This document shows, one piece after another, positions 27,121 through 39,725 of a stretch of DNA of 64,000 nt (positions within the stretch are counted from its first letter, which is position 1; each line of letters opens with the position of its first letter). The stretch is from assembly GCA_002245135.1 (NCBI GenBank), contig NGBS01000317.1, forward strand, positions 1 through 64,000, given 5' to 3'. The position numbers and the translations under genes were made by a program. The notes under the pieces were generated by a model. The model did no database searches. It was given only the letters and a program-made list of their open reading frames with translations, and was not told the origin of the DNA. This DNA is from Proteromonas lacertae. Its lineage: Eukaryota.

Positions 27121-28731
27121 ATGATACATTATATGCATGCGTTCAAATTATCGATTATTTTCTCAACGATATTAGTGTTGTTTGTAGTATCAAAGGCTTT
27201 TGGTATAGGTTTGATAATTGCATCAACAATGCTGTTTTTATTTGTGAGTAATGGTATTGAATATCCAGATTATGATACACAAAGAAAGTTAATAATTGAA
27301 GAAGAGGAGGAAGAAGAAAGTGAAGAAGAAGAAGAAAGTGAACGTGAATACACCGCTGATGAGGAAGAAACAACAATGAAGAATCTGAATATTGTAACAT
27401 CAACAGAAGATTCTAATAACACATCTACTCATCAAATGATCTCACCATCTACAATACATTTAACTGTATTACCAAGAAAAGAATATAAAGAGCCAATAAA
27501 ACAACCAAAAACTGTAAAAGTAACCAAAACATTATTAGAATATAGTCCAGTAACAATTAATAATTTATCAATCAACAATAAATCATTGAATAAAGCAATG
27601 TCAATACCAACTGAAAAACCAAAACCTGCACCACCTCCACCAGCACCATCAGCTCCAATTTCATCAAAAACATCAACAACTAAACCACCTTCATTATTCT
27701 CATCATCAACATCAACAGCAGTTACAAAACCAATAACAACAACTACCACTACTGCAGGTACTACAGTATCATTGCCACCGCCATCATCATCATTATCTTA
27801 TTCATCATTTTATACATATGGTGTAATGTACAATAAAATAAAATATAGAAGAGATTTATACAATGAAATAAAGAATAAATATGAGTTAGTGAAATCAAAT
27901 AATGATTATAAATCTGTAAGAGTGGAAATATTGCGACATTTAGGAGAGCCAATCAATCAAATAGCAGCTTCAATCACACAATTAAATAAAGTAATTTATA
28001 AAGTAACAGAAGTACTGAATAAATATAAATCCAATCAAGATTTATATTATTATTGTATCAACTTTATAGGTGAAAGATTATTTGATTTAGAATCTTATAC
28101 TCAACCAAGTTCTGTAGTTCCTTATGTATATTTCATTGAGGGATTAAACTTAGAATATAACTTATTATTAGATTATACAATAGGATTATTATATGAAAAA
28201 TGTAATTATATAATACCTGATGTAAAAGATATAAAAAAAGAGAATTATGAAATAAATAGCGAAGGAATACCACTACCTGTGAAGTATTTTTGGATTTTCT
28301 GCTATTTTTGTATTTCAAATCCATATAAGAAGTTAAGACGATGTAATTTGGGAATGAGAGAATGTTGGTTTTGGCTGAGTAGTTATTTAAATCAATATTG
28401 TGTAGATAAAACTAATATGTATACTATAACACCGTGTTTGTTAGAAACATTCTATTCAATTTGTGGAGATGAATTTAAAAGGACTTATAAAAAAGAAGCA
28501 ATCAAAATAGAGAATGAAATAATAAAGGAATACTTACCATTATTTATTGATGAAAAGAATAATTCTAAAATGAAGAAAAAGAAGAAGAATATGTCAATAG
28601 CTAATGCTTATATTTGTAGATTGAAGAGTTATTTAACAAAGACAGAATTACCTAAACCTGAAGGATTGAAACTGATATTGAAAGATAGCGAATATAATCC
28701 TTCAGATACTTATGATTCAAATGATAATTGA
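27121..28731 (+). CDS. GLE1: GLE1-like mRNA export factor with a hydrophobic N-terminus
   Basis: PINQIAAS, EKCNYIIP, CWFWLSSYLN, LETFYSICGDEFKRTYK and RLKSYL..LPKPEG match the GLE1 C-terminal domain. Confidence 0.75.
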   Translation: MIHYMHAFKLSIIFSTILVLFVVSKAFGIGLIIASTMLFLFVSNGIEYPDYDTQRKLIIEEEEEEESEEEEESEREYTADEEETTMKNLNIVTSTEDSNNTSTHQMISPSTIHLTVLPRKEYKEPIKQPKTVKVTKTLLEYSPVTINNLSINNKSLNKAMSIPTEKPKPAPPPPAPSAPISSKTSTTKPPSLFSSSTSTAVTKPITTTTTTAGTTVSLPPPSSSLSYSSFYTYGVMYNKIKYRRDLYNEIKNKYELVKSNNDYKSVRVEILRHLGEPINQIAASITQLNKVIYKVTEVLNKYKSNQDLYYYCINFIGERLFDLESYTQPSSVVPYVYFIEGLNLEYNLLLDYTIGLLYEKCNYIIPDVKDIKKENYEINSEGIPLPVKYFWIFCYFCISNPYKKLRRCNLGMRECWFWLSSYLNQYCVDKTNMYTITPCLLETFYSICGDEFKRTYKKEAIKIENEIIKEYLPLFIDEKNNSKMKKKKKNMSIANAYICRLKSYLTKTELPKPEGLKLILKDSEYNPSDTYDSNDN

Positions 28732-28836
28732 GATTATTGATTTAATTTTTTCTTTTTAATTATTTTTATAGAAAATGTTTCTTTATTGTTTTACTAAAAA
28801 TAACACAAACATTACAATAAAAAACATTTATAAATC

Positions 28837-30108
28837 TTACATTCTAAAATGAATAAAATCATTTAATAAATCAAAATAATAAAATGGTTCAACATTCCAT
28901 TCAAAACAACAAATCATAAATAACAACATCATCACCACAAATGTATAAACAAAAAATGAATATAATGAAATTGGTTTATCAACACAACTGCAAAACTTCA
29001 ACAACATTTCAAATGGAGATTTCATTTCAAATACACTTATTTTCTGAAATTTGTCATGAGTAACACAAAAAGTAACACCACTTGGCGACCAACTTATATT
29101 TGATATTAGACTAAGAGAATTATTTTGGATTGTATTATCTGTTAGTTTTCCTGATATTGGCATTATCATAAAATTACTTTCATTCCATCCAATTATTGTT
29201 CCTGTAGTATTTGAAATTTCATATTTATAATTTGGTTGATGAATACAATCTAATGATAAATCAATAATTGATAATGACATTGAAGTGTTGATGTAATTTA
29301 TATCTGACATAAAATATGATTTTGGAGTTTTAAAAATGATTTTTTGTTCATTTGTAATGTATTTAAATGTATATGGACAATTGAATGGTGGATTGTAATT
29401 GCATCTACAGGATGTACCATTTACATTAATTATTAATAATGAAGACATAAAACCAATGTATAGTGAATTCTGACTCTAACAGAAAAGATAAATATAAATC
29501 ATGATAATAATATACATTTTTGACGTATGCTACGTACTGTACATTCTCTTTAAATGATGAATGATATATTGGGATCTCTTCCATTGGCTACAGACAATAT
29601 TTTACTTTTATCTACCAACATAAACACTGATTCTCCAACCCATTCACACCATGTTATATTTCTACATTTTAATTTGGTTAATTGAGTGATGGAACAATCA
29701 AATATGTTAAGAATATATATCATTCCATTTCCTAATATTATTGCTATCTATATATTCATATATACATAGGAATTATTAGTTAATACTGTTGGTTTTGGTT
29801 GATGAGTAACAAAATGCACTATTGGTGAGTGAAATGGTACTAATTTAGATTCGTTTGTTTCTATTGAGTGAATAATTATGTTATAACCATTATTGCAAAT
29901 CACAATTATATTGTTACAACAATAATAAAAGTTATCTATGATGCAATCTCGGAGTACTACTTGGGATTGCAATGTAATTTGGCCATTATCATCATAAAAA
30001 GTAACTTTAGCCTGTTTTACTCAGCACAATTAAACTATTATCTGGATCTGACCATGTTGTAAAGCATTTATCACTAGATTCTAAATTAATGGTATATTTC
30101 AATGACAT
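28837..30108 (-). CDS. Beta-propeller (WD40-like) protein with a C-terminal transmembrane segment
   Basis: Beta-rich repeats (ITWCEW, ISNISWSPSGVTF) and hydrophobic tail FFVYTFVVMMLLFMICC. Spliced from ATG 30108. Confidence 0.55.
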
Positions 30109-30221
30109 GACTCTAAAAAATGAAATTTAAAAAATATCAAAAAATCAAGTCAAATCAAGTCAAGCAAATCCGTTTTTAAATTGAAAAGAGAATTTTAGAG
30201 TTGGTTACGGAGTAAAATATT

Positions 30222-32862
30222 ATGTCAAACGCGTATATATATATATATTTATAATTATGTAGTACCTATGAGTCCCTTTGGAACCAGGCAGTAAGTGATT
30301 TAGAAGATATAATGTATCTGGAGGATCCAATGTTTGGTGACCCTCAAGCAGCAGGTCAAAAAGTATATGTTAATGCATTTTATAAAAATAGAGAAAGCCA
30401 ATAGCTCCAATACAAGCTTTTCAACAATTTGGTGTAATGTATGTGAAGTATCTAGTCATTTACCGAAAATTGGAAGATGTCATGGATAATATAGTACATC
30501 CACAGAAACGAATGGATGTGAAGAAAGTTTTGGAATTAGTAATACATCGTTTAATAGTATTAAAGCATTTATTAATAAAATGGAATCCTCCATACCCTGC
30601 ACTAGGTCGTGGACCATTCCCATATGATACATTAAATCTGGATGATGTATTAGTTGATTTGAAATTACCAGCATCAGTATTAGAAATAAAAATCCCCAAA
30701 TATTTCGTAGAAGATCGTAAGAAAGAAATAGATGATAGAAACAAACTAGTTGATGCATATTATTACAATACAAGAGGTACAAAGCCAAAAGTATTACAAG
30801 TTGATTTGTTGAAATTTGTGAGTGAAACTTTACCACTCAAACTAGAAGATGCTATTGCATTAATTCAAAAGAATGAAAGAGGAAGACAAGGTAAAAAACG
30901 TGCACAATTAATGAAGAAACTATTAAAAGAAGAAGATAATAAAATGACTTTTGGAATAACCAATCCTAAGCCAGATGAAGATCCAGAAGTAGCTGCTTTA
31001 GATATTCAAAGAGTATGGCGATCTTACCACACTAGAAAACAAATACGAGAAGAAGAAGATGAAGAATTAATATATATAGGAATGAGACATCCACCAGATG
31101 CAAGAACAAAGAAGAATATAAAAGAAACAGTAAATGCCAATAGAAAACGTAAAGTAATCCAACATAACCATGAAGAAGAATATAAACAATCCTTAGAAGA
31201 GTTAAAACAGAAAGTAAAAGATGAAGAAGGCCCAGAAATGAGAGAAAAGATGTTGGATGATCGAAGAGAATGGTTTTTAAAACAATTAGAAACTGGAGTA
31301 ACTCCTGAAGATTTATCAACTTATTATGATCCACCTCCACCACCACTAGATCCAGAAGAAGAAAAGAAATTGAAAAAACAACAAGCAAAAGATGCAGCTA
31401 AAGCACCAGCCAAGAAGCCAGCAGCAGCAGCAGCTGGTAAAAACAAGAATGAAGCTCCACCTCCTGAAATGCCAAAGAACTTATGTGAAATAGTAAATAC
31501 AAAAGAAGTAGCTGATATGAATGAAAAATACCATCAAGATTGGGAGGGGAATGAATATGAAGACAAAAATTTTGAGCAAAAATATGACCCCGAAAGAGCA
31601 AAAGATGTAGTTCGTCCTACTGTTGAACAGGAAGTGAAAGAACAAGTTGATAATTTAATGTTACTACAGATTACAGAATATAAAGACAGTCTTAGATAGT
31701 AAGAAAAAGAAGAAGAAGAAGAAGGGCAGAAAGAAGAAGGCAAAGAAACCTAAGAAGCCAAAGGGAAAGAAACTACCTGGTGCTAAATATTGTAAAGGTA
31801 TGGAAAATGAACAGATGCTGTCTATCTTGACTGAGAAAGAAATTATCATTAATTATGAGAAACATACTATGGATGAATACTTAGGTGAAATGAATTATTT
31901 AGGAACAATGTATCAGAACCAGTGGATTGACTGAAGTGTATGATTCTAATGGTGATACTCGAACAGCAGCTATTGAGCCTTCTTTAGCAAATATCAGACA
32001 AAATTTGAGAGAATATGCAACACTTCCACTAGGCTGTCCCAATGTAAAAGGTCAATTAACACCAGAATATAATGTAAAGAGTATTTTCTTATATGGACCA
32101 CATGGTTCAGGTAAAACAATGTTGGCCCAATCAATTGCTACAGAGACTGGAGCTATGATGATGGATATTTCCTTCGATAGATTAGCAAATTGTTTCCCAG
32201 GTAAGAATGGTATTATGAAAATAATGCATATGATTTTTCAAGTAGCTAGAGAACCTAAATGGGGACCAACAGTATTATATATGGAAGATTTAGAAGTATT
32301 GTATGGAGCAGCTAAAGGAAAGAAAAAGAAGCAGAAGAAAGCAGAAGGTAGATATAAAAAAGCATTATTAAAATATCTAAAGACATTAGATCCTGTTGAA
32401 CAGGTAATTGTCATAGGATGTGCTAGGCAGGTGTGGTTAATACCTGAGAAAAATATTAAAAACGTAAAAGCAATATTTGAAAAGACTTTTTACTGTCCAT
32501 TCCCTGATTATGCAAGTATGATTGAAATATGGAAGGCAATGATAGAAAAGAAACTACAACACAATTTACCAAAGAAATTCACAGTTAGTAACCTTGCTAG
32601 AATATCCACTGGTTACACAGCTGGTGCAGTTCAGTATTCAGTGGATAATACCTTGACTGAAAGAAGAATATATCACATTGAAGGTAGACCATTGCTTGAG
32701 AAAGAATTCATCACATCATTAGCACAATATCCTCTTCAATATGAAGATGATTATAAGAAATATCATGATTTCTTCCGTGTAATATCTGGAGTGAAGGAAG
32801 AAGAATTGAAAGAACTTAGAAGAAAAGAAGAAGAAGAACAAGCTAGAAAGAAGAGAAGGTAA
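30222..32862 (+). CDS. IQCA1: IQ and AAA domain protein (dynein regulatory complex DRC11-like)
   Basis: IVHPQKR, LDDVLVDLKL, IQKNERGRQG, IQ motif IQRVWRSY, EELIYIGM and Walker A GPHGSGKT. Two +1 frame breaks (about 31669 and 31916). Confidence 0.9.
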
Positions 32863-32949
32863 TTAATTAATAACCCTTTTTATTATTTTATCAACATTAT
32901 TTATTTATAATCAATCAGATACATAACAGATTAATCAATATAAGCCAAT

Positions 32950-33414
32950 ATTTAGAATTTTATGACGTATAACTTACATAAAGAAACAGCTCTTTTTTTG
33001 AAATTCAAAATAATGCATTTTTATTGGTTGATAGATTTTGAGCTTTACAGATTGAATAAAGAGATAAATTAGGATACTAGACATTTACTATTATAAAATA
33101 ATATTTCAAAAATCAGTATAAAGATTTTGAAACATAAACTCTTTCAAATTAGCTCTAATTTTCACTATTTTCATAATTACTATATTATCGCATTTTAATT
33201 CATATTATAGACTAATTTTAAATAAAATTTTCATATAAACACATTCTACGGGACAATTAACAATCTCACTAATAAAGTAAAATATGAAGAAATTACACCA
33301 CAGATCTTCTAAAATATGCTGTAATATATCAAATATCCAGTTCATTTGATCATTGAATTCTTCACTGACTCTAAAATCAATAACGAACGAGATTCTTTGG
33401 CAGTTGAATTTCAT
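32950..33414 (-). CDS. Possible small hypothetical protein
   Basis: ORF 33205-33414 contains GT-AG intron-like segments, and spliced reading continues (FYNELKCDNIVIMKIV). 3' end is uncertain. Confidence 0.3.
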
Positions 33415-33469
33415 AAGAAAAAATCATCTCTCTTTACTCTCAAAGTAAAAGGATTCTATTTGATTCAAC

Positions 33470-35770
33470 ATGAATAATTCAACACTCTATGGATTAGGTG
33501 ATAGTATATTTATTTTCGCATTAATATTCTACAATTAGCAATGGGAATGAGTATGACCATGAACAGCATGGGAGAAAGTATATTATTTACAAATTATATT
33601 TCATAGCAACTGATATTAGAAAGTCAGCATTCCAATTCCAAGACCGTGACGATGCAGTTGATTTAAATCAATTCAGTGATGTAGATCTCTACAAGATTAC
33701 CCATGAGCATGACTTGGAATACTTGTTATCATTCTTAAAAGGTGTTGGTTTTGGTCGTGTAGATGAAGAACAATTAAAGGCTATTGCTGATCCACGTGTA
33801 GTAACAGCTTTCGAAATTGCCCAATTGCTCATTGAGTATTTATTATACACCGAGCAAAAGTTCAAGAGAAAGTGTAATGAATACAAAGAAAGATTACGAA
33901 GAAAGGATGGTGAATTACGTGAATTAAAACGTCAATACGACAATCAAAACGTAGAAGTTCAACAATACAAACTTCGTATCAACAAAAACAAGGAAATTGT
34001 CGCAACATTCGAAAGCTTATTACGTCAAACACCACCAGTTATTACAGGACGTGCTTGGAGTTGCAGTGTTTGTCACAAAGCCTTCATAATGAAGGAATAT
34101 TTGAACAAACATATTCAAACCTATCACAATGGTGAAGCTGAAAGTGAAGAAGTTGTTGCTGAAAGTAAATCTGAAGAAGTTCCAAAGAAGAAGGCTGTTA
34201 AGAAGGTAGTAAAGAAAGTAGCTAAGAAAGCTGTAAAGAAAGCTGTTAAGGCTGCTAAACCAGTACAAGAAGAAGAAGAGCAACCAGAAATCGAAGCAAC
34301 CAGAGAGAAACCCAACCAGAAGAAGAACAACCTGAAGAAGAACCAGTAGTACAGGAAGAAGAACCAGAACCAGTAGAAGAAGCACCAGAACCAACTGAAG
34401 AAGCACCAACTGAAGAAGAAAAACCAAAACCAAAACCAAAAAAAGCTCCAGCTAAAAAAGCACCAGTAAAGAAAGCAGCTAAGAAACCATCACCAAAGAA
34501 AGCTTCTCCAAAGAAGAATGTAGAAGAAGCTCCAGAAATTGAGCCAGAGCCATTAGAAGAAGAACCAGCACCAGAAGAAGAAGAAGTTCCAATTGAAGAA
34601 GGAGATGAAAATAAACCATCTGCTAATGAAGAAAATGTACCAGAAAGAGAGAATGAAGTAGAAGGTGATAATAATGAAGTAAAACCAGATGAAGGAAATG
34701 AAAATGTTCCAAGTGAGAATGTTAATGATGATGAAGCTAAACCAGAGAATGAGAATGTAGCTGCTCCAGAAGAAGCTGTTCCAGTTGAAGAAAAACCAAA
34801 AGAAGAAGAAGAAGAGAAGCCAAAGGAAGAAGAAGAAGAAAAACCACAATTAGTCAAAGCTGAAACTAAATTACCAAAGAAACCATATGTTCCACCAACA
34901 GAAGAAGAAAGAAAAACATTTGGTGTTGCTAGAACATTAACATCAACTTTACCAAGAGCAGGTACTAAATTAACAAGTGGTTTACCATTTGATGTAATTG
35001 CTGAAGATATTCCAGATGAATTCAAAGGTGAATTCAATTCCTACACTGTATATATTGATACAACCACTCCAATTTGTGATGCTATAAGTGATATTTACAT
35101 TGCCTTACACATCAAATCAACTCCAAAGAGTCATCCAAAATATTTCTCCTTATTCGCCAAAGAAACTAATGGAAATGTAACACCATTAAAGACATTAAGT
35201 GCTGCTAAAGATACAGTTTTATACACTGGTGATGTAGAGAATTTAATATTGAAATACACTCCAGATGTTGATGTAATGAAAGAGAAAGGAAATGATTTGA
35301 ATTATGTTCAAAACTACATTGACAGTATATTATGTTATGATCAAGATGTTGTAAAACTTGAACAAGAAGCTGCTGTTGATAGTGATATTGATGAAGATGT
35401 ATTAGATGATTCATTAAAACCACAAGATGTTAATCCACAAGATAAACAACAAACTGAATTAAGAAAGAGTACAAAACAAACCATGCTACGTCCAAAGACA
35501 GCTAAAACTAAGAAATCTTTAAGACCATTAACTGGTGAACCAAACAGAACAAATATTGATGGAGTTAAAATACCAACTTATCAAGATCCAGCAGTAAAAG
35601 AAGATATTAGAAAATCTTTAAGAAATACCTTACAGAACTTGAATTTAGATAATTTAAGTGTTGGTTCCTTAGAAGATGATGTAATGAATCCAGATAATTA
35701 TCTTGATGTTGAAGATAATGAGAATTTAGATTCAGTAGTTGATAGTGAATTGGATAGTATCTATGCTTAA
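33470..35770 (+). CDS. DZIP1/DZIP1L-like (Iguana) zinc-finger protein with an E/K/P-rich linker
   Basis: Dzip-like N domain FQFQDRDDAVDL...AFEIAQLLIEYLLYTEQ, a coiled coil and C2H2 finger CSVCHKAFIMKEYLNKHIQTYH. Frame break near 34296-34306. Confidence 0.8.
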
Positions 35771-35933
35771 AATTGATATTTGATAATATTACTTTCTACT
35801 GGAGATATTATTTGTTTTTTTTGGTGTAAAATATATTATTTACACAATTTTTTTCACTATTATCCCATAAATAAAACATTAAACTTTTTATTAATACAGA
35901 CAAAAATAAATTAAATATAATTAAAACATACAT

Positions 35934-38900
35934 CTAGGATAGTAATATACTCTTTTCATATTTCTTTATATTTTTTTCCATTATATAATCATATACAACA
36001 ATAATAACACTTATAATGACAATTCCAACTATTAAACCAATCCACCAATATAAAACGTTTGATTTATGAACTTTTATTATTTCAATATTTTTCACATAAA
36101 ATGGTTTTCCTTCAAAATAATGTTCAAATTCACTTACTATAATATTTCTCTTTGAATAAAATATCAATTCCGTCATATTGATTGATTTTTCTACATCTTC
36201 TTTTATTGTTGTATATTGAATTGTTATTGTTACATTTCCACTTTCTAAATCTTTTTCATTGTTTAATACACTAATTTTATCAATACTATTAACATAATTT
36301 CTTTCAATCTCATTTATAAATGCAGCCACTTGCTTATTTATCCAAATTGATTGGTTATATTCAAATAATAAATAATCTTTTAAATGAATTGTTATATTCA
36401 TTACTACTAATATTTCATTCTCATTCTCAGGTTTTGTTTTTACTTCTTTGCAATTATTTATATCTATTATATCTAATCTACTATCATAAGTATTTTTATC
36501 ATAAACACATTTAACAATTCTTTTTCCATAATATCCATTTTCACATTCTATTTCTTCATTATTATATAAATCCAAATCTGGCATATATTTTATATAACAA
36601 GCATATTTTGAAGATATGGATTTGTATTCATAATTAGCTCTTAAATTTTCATTATAAAGTCCAACTAAAAAAGAATCGTAATAATTTATATTTCCATATA
36701 CTCTTCCGTTTGATTCGTTAAAGTTTATACTTTCTGGATTACCACTAATCTCCCATTTGAATATATCTTTATTCAATTCATAAGTATATGGATTATTCAT
36801 TTTGGGATATACATCAATATATTTCTCATGTTCATTTGGAAATAAAAATAAATCATACCAAATAATCATATTACTAAACGATATATTGAATTGATAAGAT
36901 TCATATCTACTTGTGGCATTTATTTCATTTAATATAACAACATCTTTATCAGAATATGATGATAACCCGTATGCTATTGTATTATTATATTCTCTTTCTG
37001 AATCATAATTCAGTATTTTGTAGGATATATAATAAATGCCTTCATATAAGCATAAATACATACTAACATAAGAATGATTGAATATTTGTTCAGATATTGA
37101 ATTTTTGTTAATATCATATACATTTACTTGAATATTGGTCTTTGAATCAAATATATCAACTATTACTACAAATGTATCACTTTTACATTCATTAACACTT
37201 AATTGGATTGTAGTAAAAAACCTTTCATCAAAATAATAAATTGAAAATGTAATTTTTTTCATATGATTTATATACCCTGATAATACACTTTCATCTACTA
37301 TTTTCAGAGTATTACTATTATCAGATAGATTATATGATGTATATATTCCTTCGATTACTATTGGATAATAAAATCTATCATTTCTCATATTAAATTTCTC
37401 ATTTATATTAAGTATTATTGGATTATCATAAAAATACCTCAAATATATAGAATATGTATAGGATATTTCATCATTATACATTGTTATTTCATACTTTGTA
37501 TAATCATATATTTCAATATTAATTATCCAATAATGATCTATATAAATCATTCCTGTTGTTTCATTAAAAAACATATCATATGGTAATGAAGGATTAATAA
37601 CATACTTGAAATTGTCATTATTTGATTGTTGTAATAAAACATTATTATTTATTATTGGCGAAATGTTTCTTTTTAAATAGAATGTCATATATTTGGATGG
37701 ATAATAAAATGATGTGATGGACACTTTTTTTAATATAGATAATAAATACACATTTTCATTCATTATTATTGATATTGATTTAAAGTCTTTTAAACTATCT
37801 ACATGAATTGTTATTTCTATTCTACTATTATATTCACTTTTTATATTCATTGATAGATTCTTGAATAATGCTTTGTTTATGTTACTATCATATATATATT
37901 CTTTTTCATTTAAAACTATCATCTTTATTCGATTATATTTTCCAAAAACATTTATAACATCTATAGTATTCATAGTTTCTTTATTGATTATTCCTTCATA
38001 TCTGATTATATAACTACTATTACTTAAATTCAAAGTTATTTCATTGAATGGAATATTATGACTTTTCATTGACAAACTTTCAAATATTATTGGATTATGA
38101 ATAAAGGAATTTAGTTTAATGGTTTTATCATATAAATCAGTTTGAATTCTTCTGATTTCCATTACATAGTCATTTTCTAATTCATTGTAACAATGAATTC
38201 TAAATCGACTTTCGATTGAATTAGTTAGTCCAATACATGATATTACTATTTCAATTGATTCAATACATTCTTCTTCTAATACACCACTAATTATTCCATT
38301 CTTTGAATCTAGATTTAAACCATTTGGAAATTTACTTTTATTTTTATATTCTATCACATTTCCACTTAGCACTTCTGGTTTTGAAATGATGTATGTGTTT
38401 GGATTTATATATAATTCTTCATATTTTACATTACTGATTATTCCACCATATAATATACAATTCTCACTATTCAATACTTTATATTCTTTTCCATTATCTT
38501 CATTTATTTCTAATTTTATTTCGTATTTGTATGTTGAAGGATAATATTCTATTCGAATATAGTGCTTTCCTGTGTTTAATTTCATTTCTTTTTCTTCATA
38601 ATTATAATCACAACTTCTAGTTGACATTATCTCATTTTCATATTCATCAATAAACATTATACTATTTCCATAAGAAGTTAAACGTACATTAACATTCTGT
38701 TGTTGTTTAATATCTAAATAAAATTCATAATAACTTCCATATAATGAATTACTTCTTTCTTCTTTCATTTCACTTAATATTTCTTGTTTCATTATCCTCA
38801 TCTCTCTTATATTCAATCTTTTATCACATTTATGACAATTTCGATCTATTTCAATGTAATTTACAAAGATTCCTTTATTTATTGACTCATCTGCATTTAT

Positions 38901-39504
38901 TAAATTACTAAATGTAATTATAGCTTTCATATTATGTTCAGGATAATCAGAGTAAAATAATGTTGATTTAATATCATTTATATTTGTTTTAACATTACCA
39001 CTTATCATTCCATTTGTAATATCAAATTTCAAACCATTTAGTAGTTCTTTAAGTATTAATAAATTAGGTTTTAGATAAGGAATATCAGTTATTAATGGAA
39101 TATAATAATATTGATTAGGAATTAAACTAAATGAACTTAACTGAGTATAATAAAATACTTCACTCTTTTGAAAAACACTAATATCTAAAGTCATATTAAT
39201 CTTTTGTTTATTTTCTAAAACGACATATATAGTTACTTTGTAATTACCCAACACTGTAGGAGAACCTTTTATACTATTACCTTCAATTTGAAGAGCAGGA
39301 GGTAAATTTGAACTGTATAATTCTAAAATATCAATTCCTGAATAAAATCTACAGTTTATATTACTGTGTATTTTTAAATGCCAATTAGAACATTCATTTT
39401 TTAAACAATTCACGAAATCCATCACTAAAGTAAATAGATAGAAGTATACATAGGAACATAAATATAACTATCCTAAACATAACATTAAATATGTTGTATA
39501 GCAT
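35934..39504 (-). CDS. Type I surface protein with putative Ig (He_PIG-like) repeats and a PA14-like domain
   Basis: Hydrophobic N-terminus after splicing. Repeats LPPALQIEGNSIKGSP, LLNGLKFDITNGMISG, FPNGLNLDSKNGIISG and LPYDMFFNETTGMI. LNTGKHYIRIEYY (PA14-like). C-terminal TM WWIGLIVGIVIISVIIVVY. Confidence 0.8.
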
Positions 39505-39725
39505 CCTGAATCCTTCAAAAATCAATTATCAAATTTTCAACCGAAAAATCCCCTTAAAATTAAAAAATTATTATTTTGGTTAAATTAGAAGAGTATATAT
39601 TATCATTATCTACTTTCTATTGAAATTATTATGTCTTTTTTTGTTTTAAAACCAAATAAACATATTTCAGATGAAATTTATTTGTAAATTTATAAAAATA
39701 ATAAAATAATAATTAGAATTTGGGT

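Noticed and set aside
30198..30216. X-box-like GTTGGTTACGGAGTAA upstream of a ciliary gene
   Set aside because: Poor palindrome, single instance, and RFX regulation is not expected in this lineage.
33377..33392. 12-13-nt match to SSU rRNA (TAACGAACGAGA) as a possible snoRNA guide
   Set aside because: There is no convincing C or D box, it lies inside a plausible small ORF, and a match this short is expected by chance.
34020..35037. Long antisense ORFs (139, 260 and 98 aa)
   Set aside because: They are shadows of the GAA/CCA-rich sense frame of the DZIP1-like gene.
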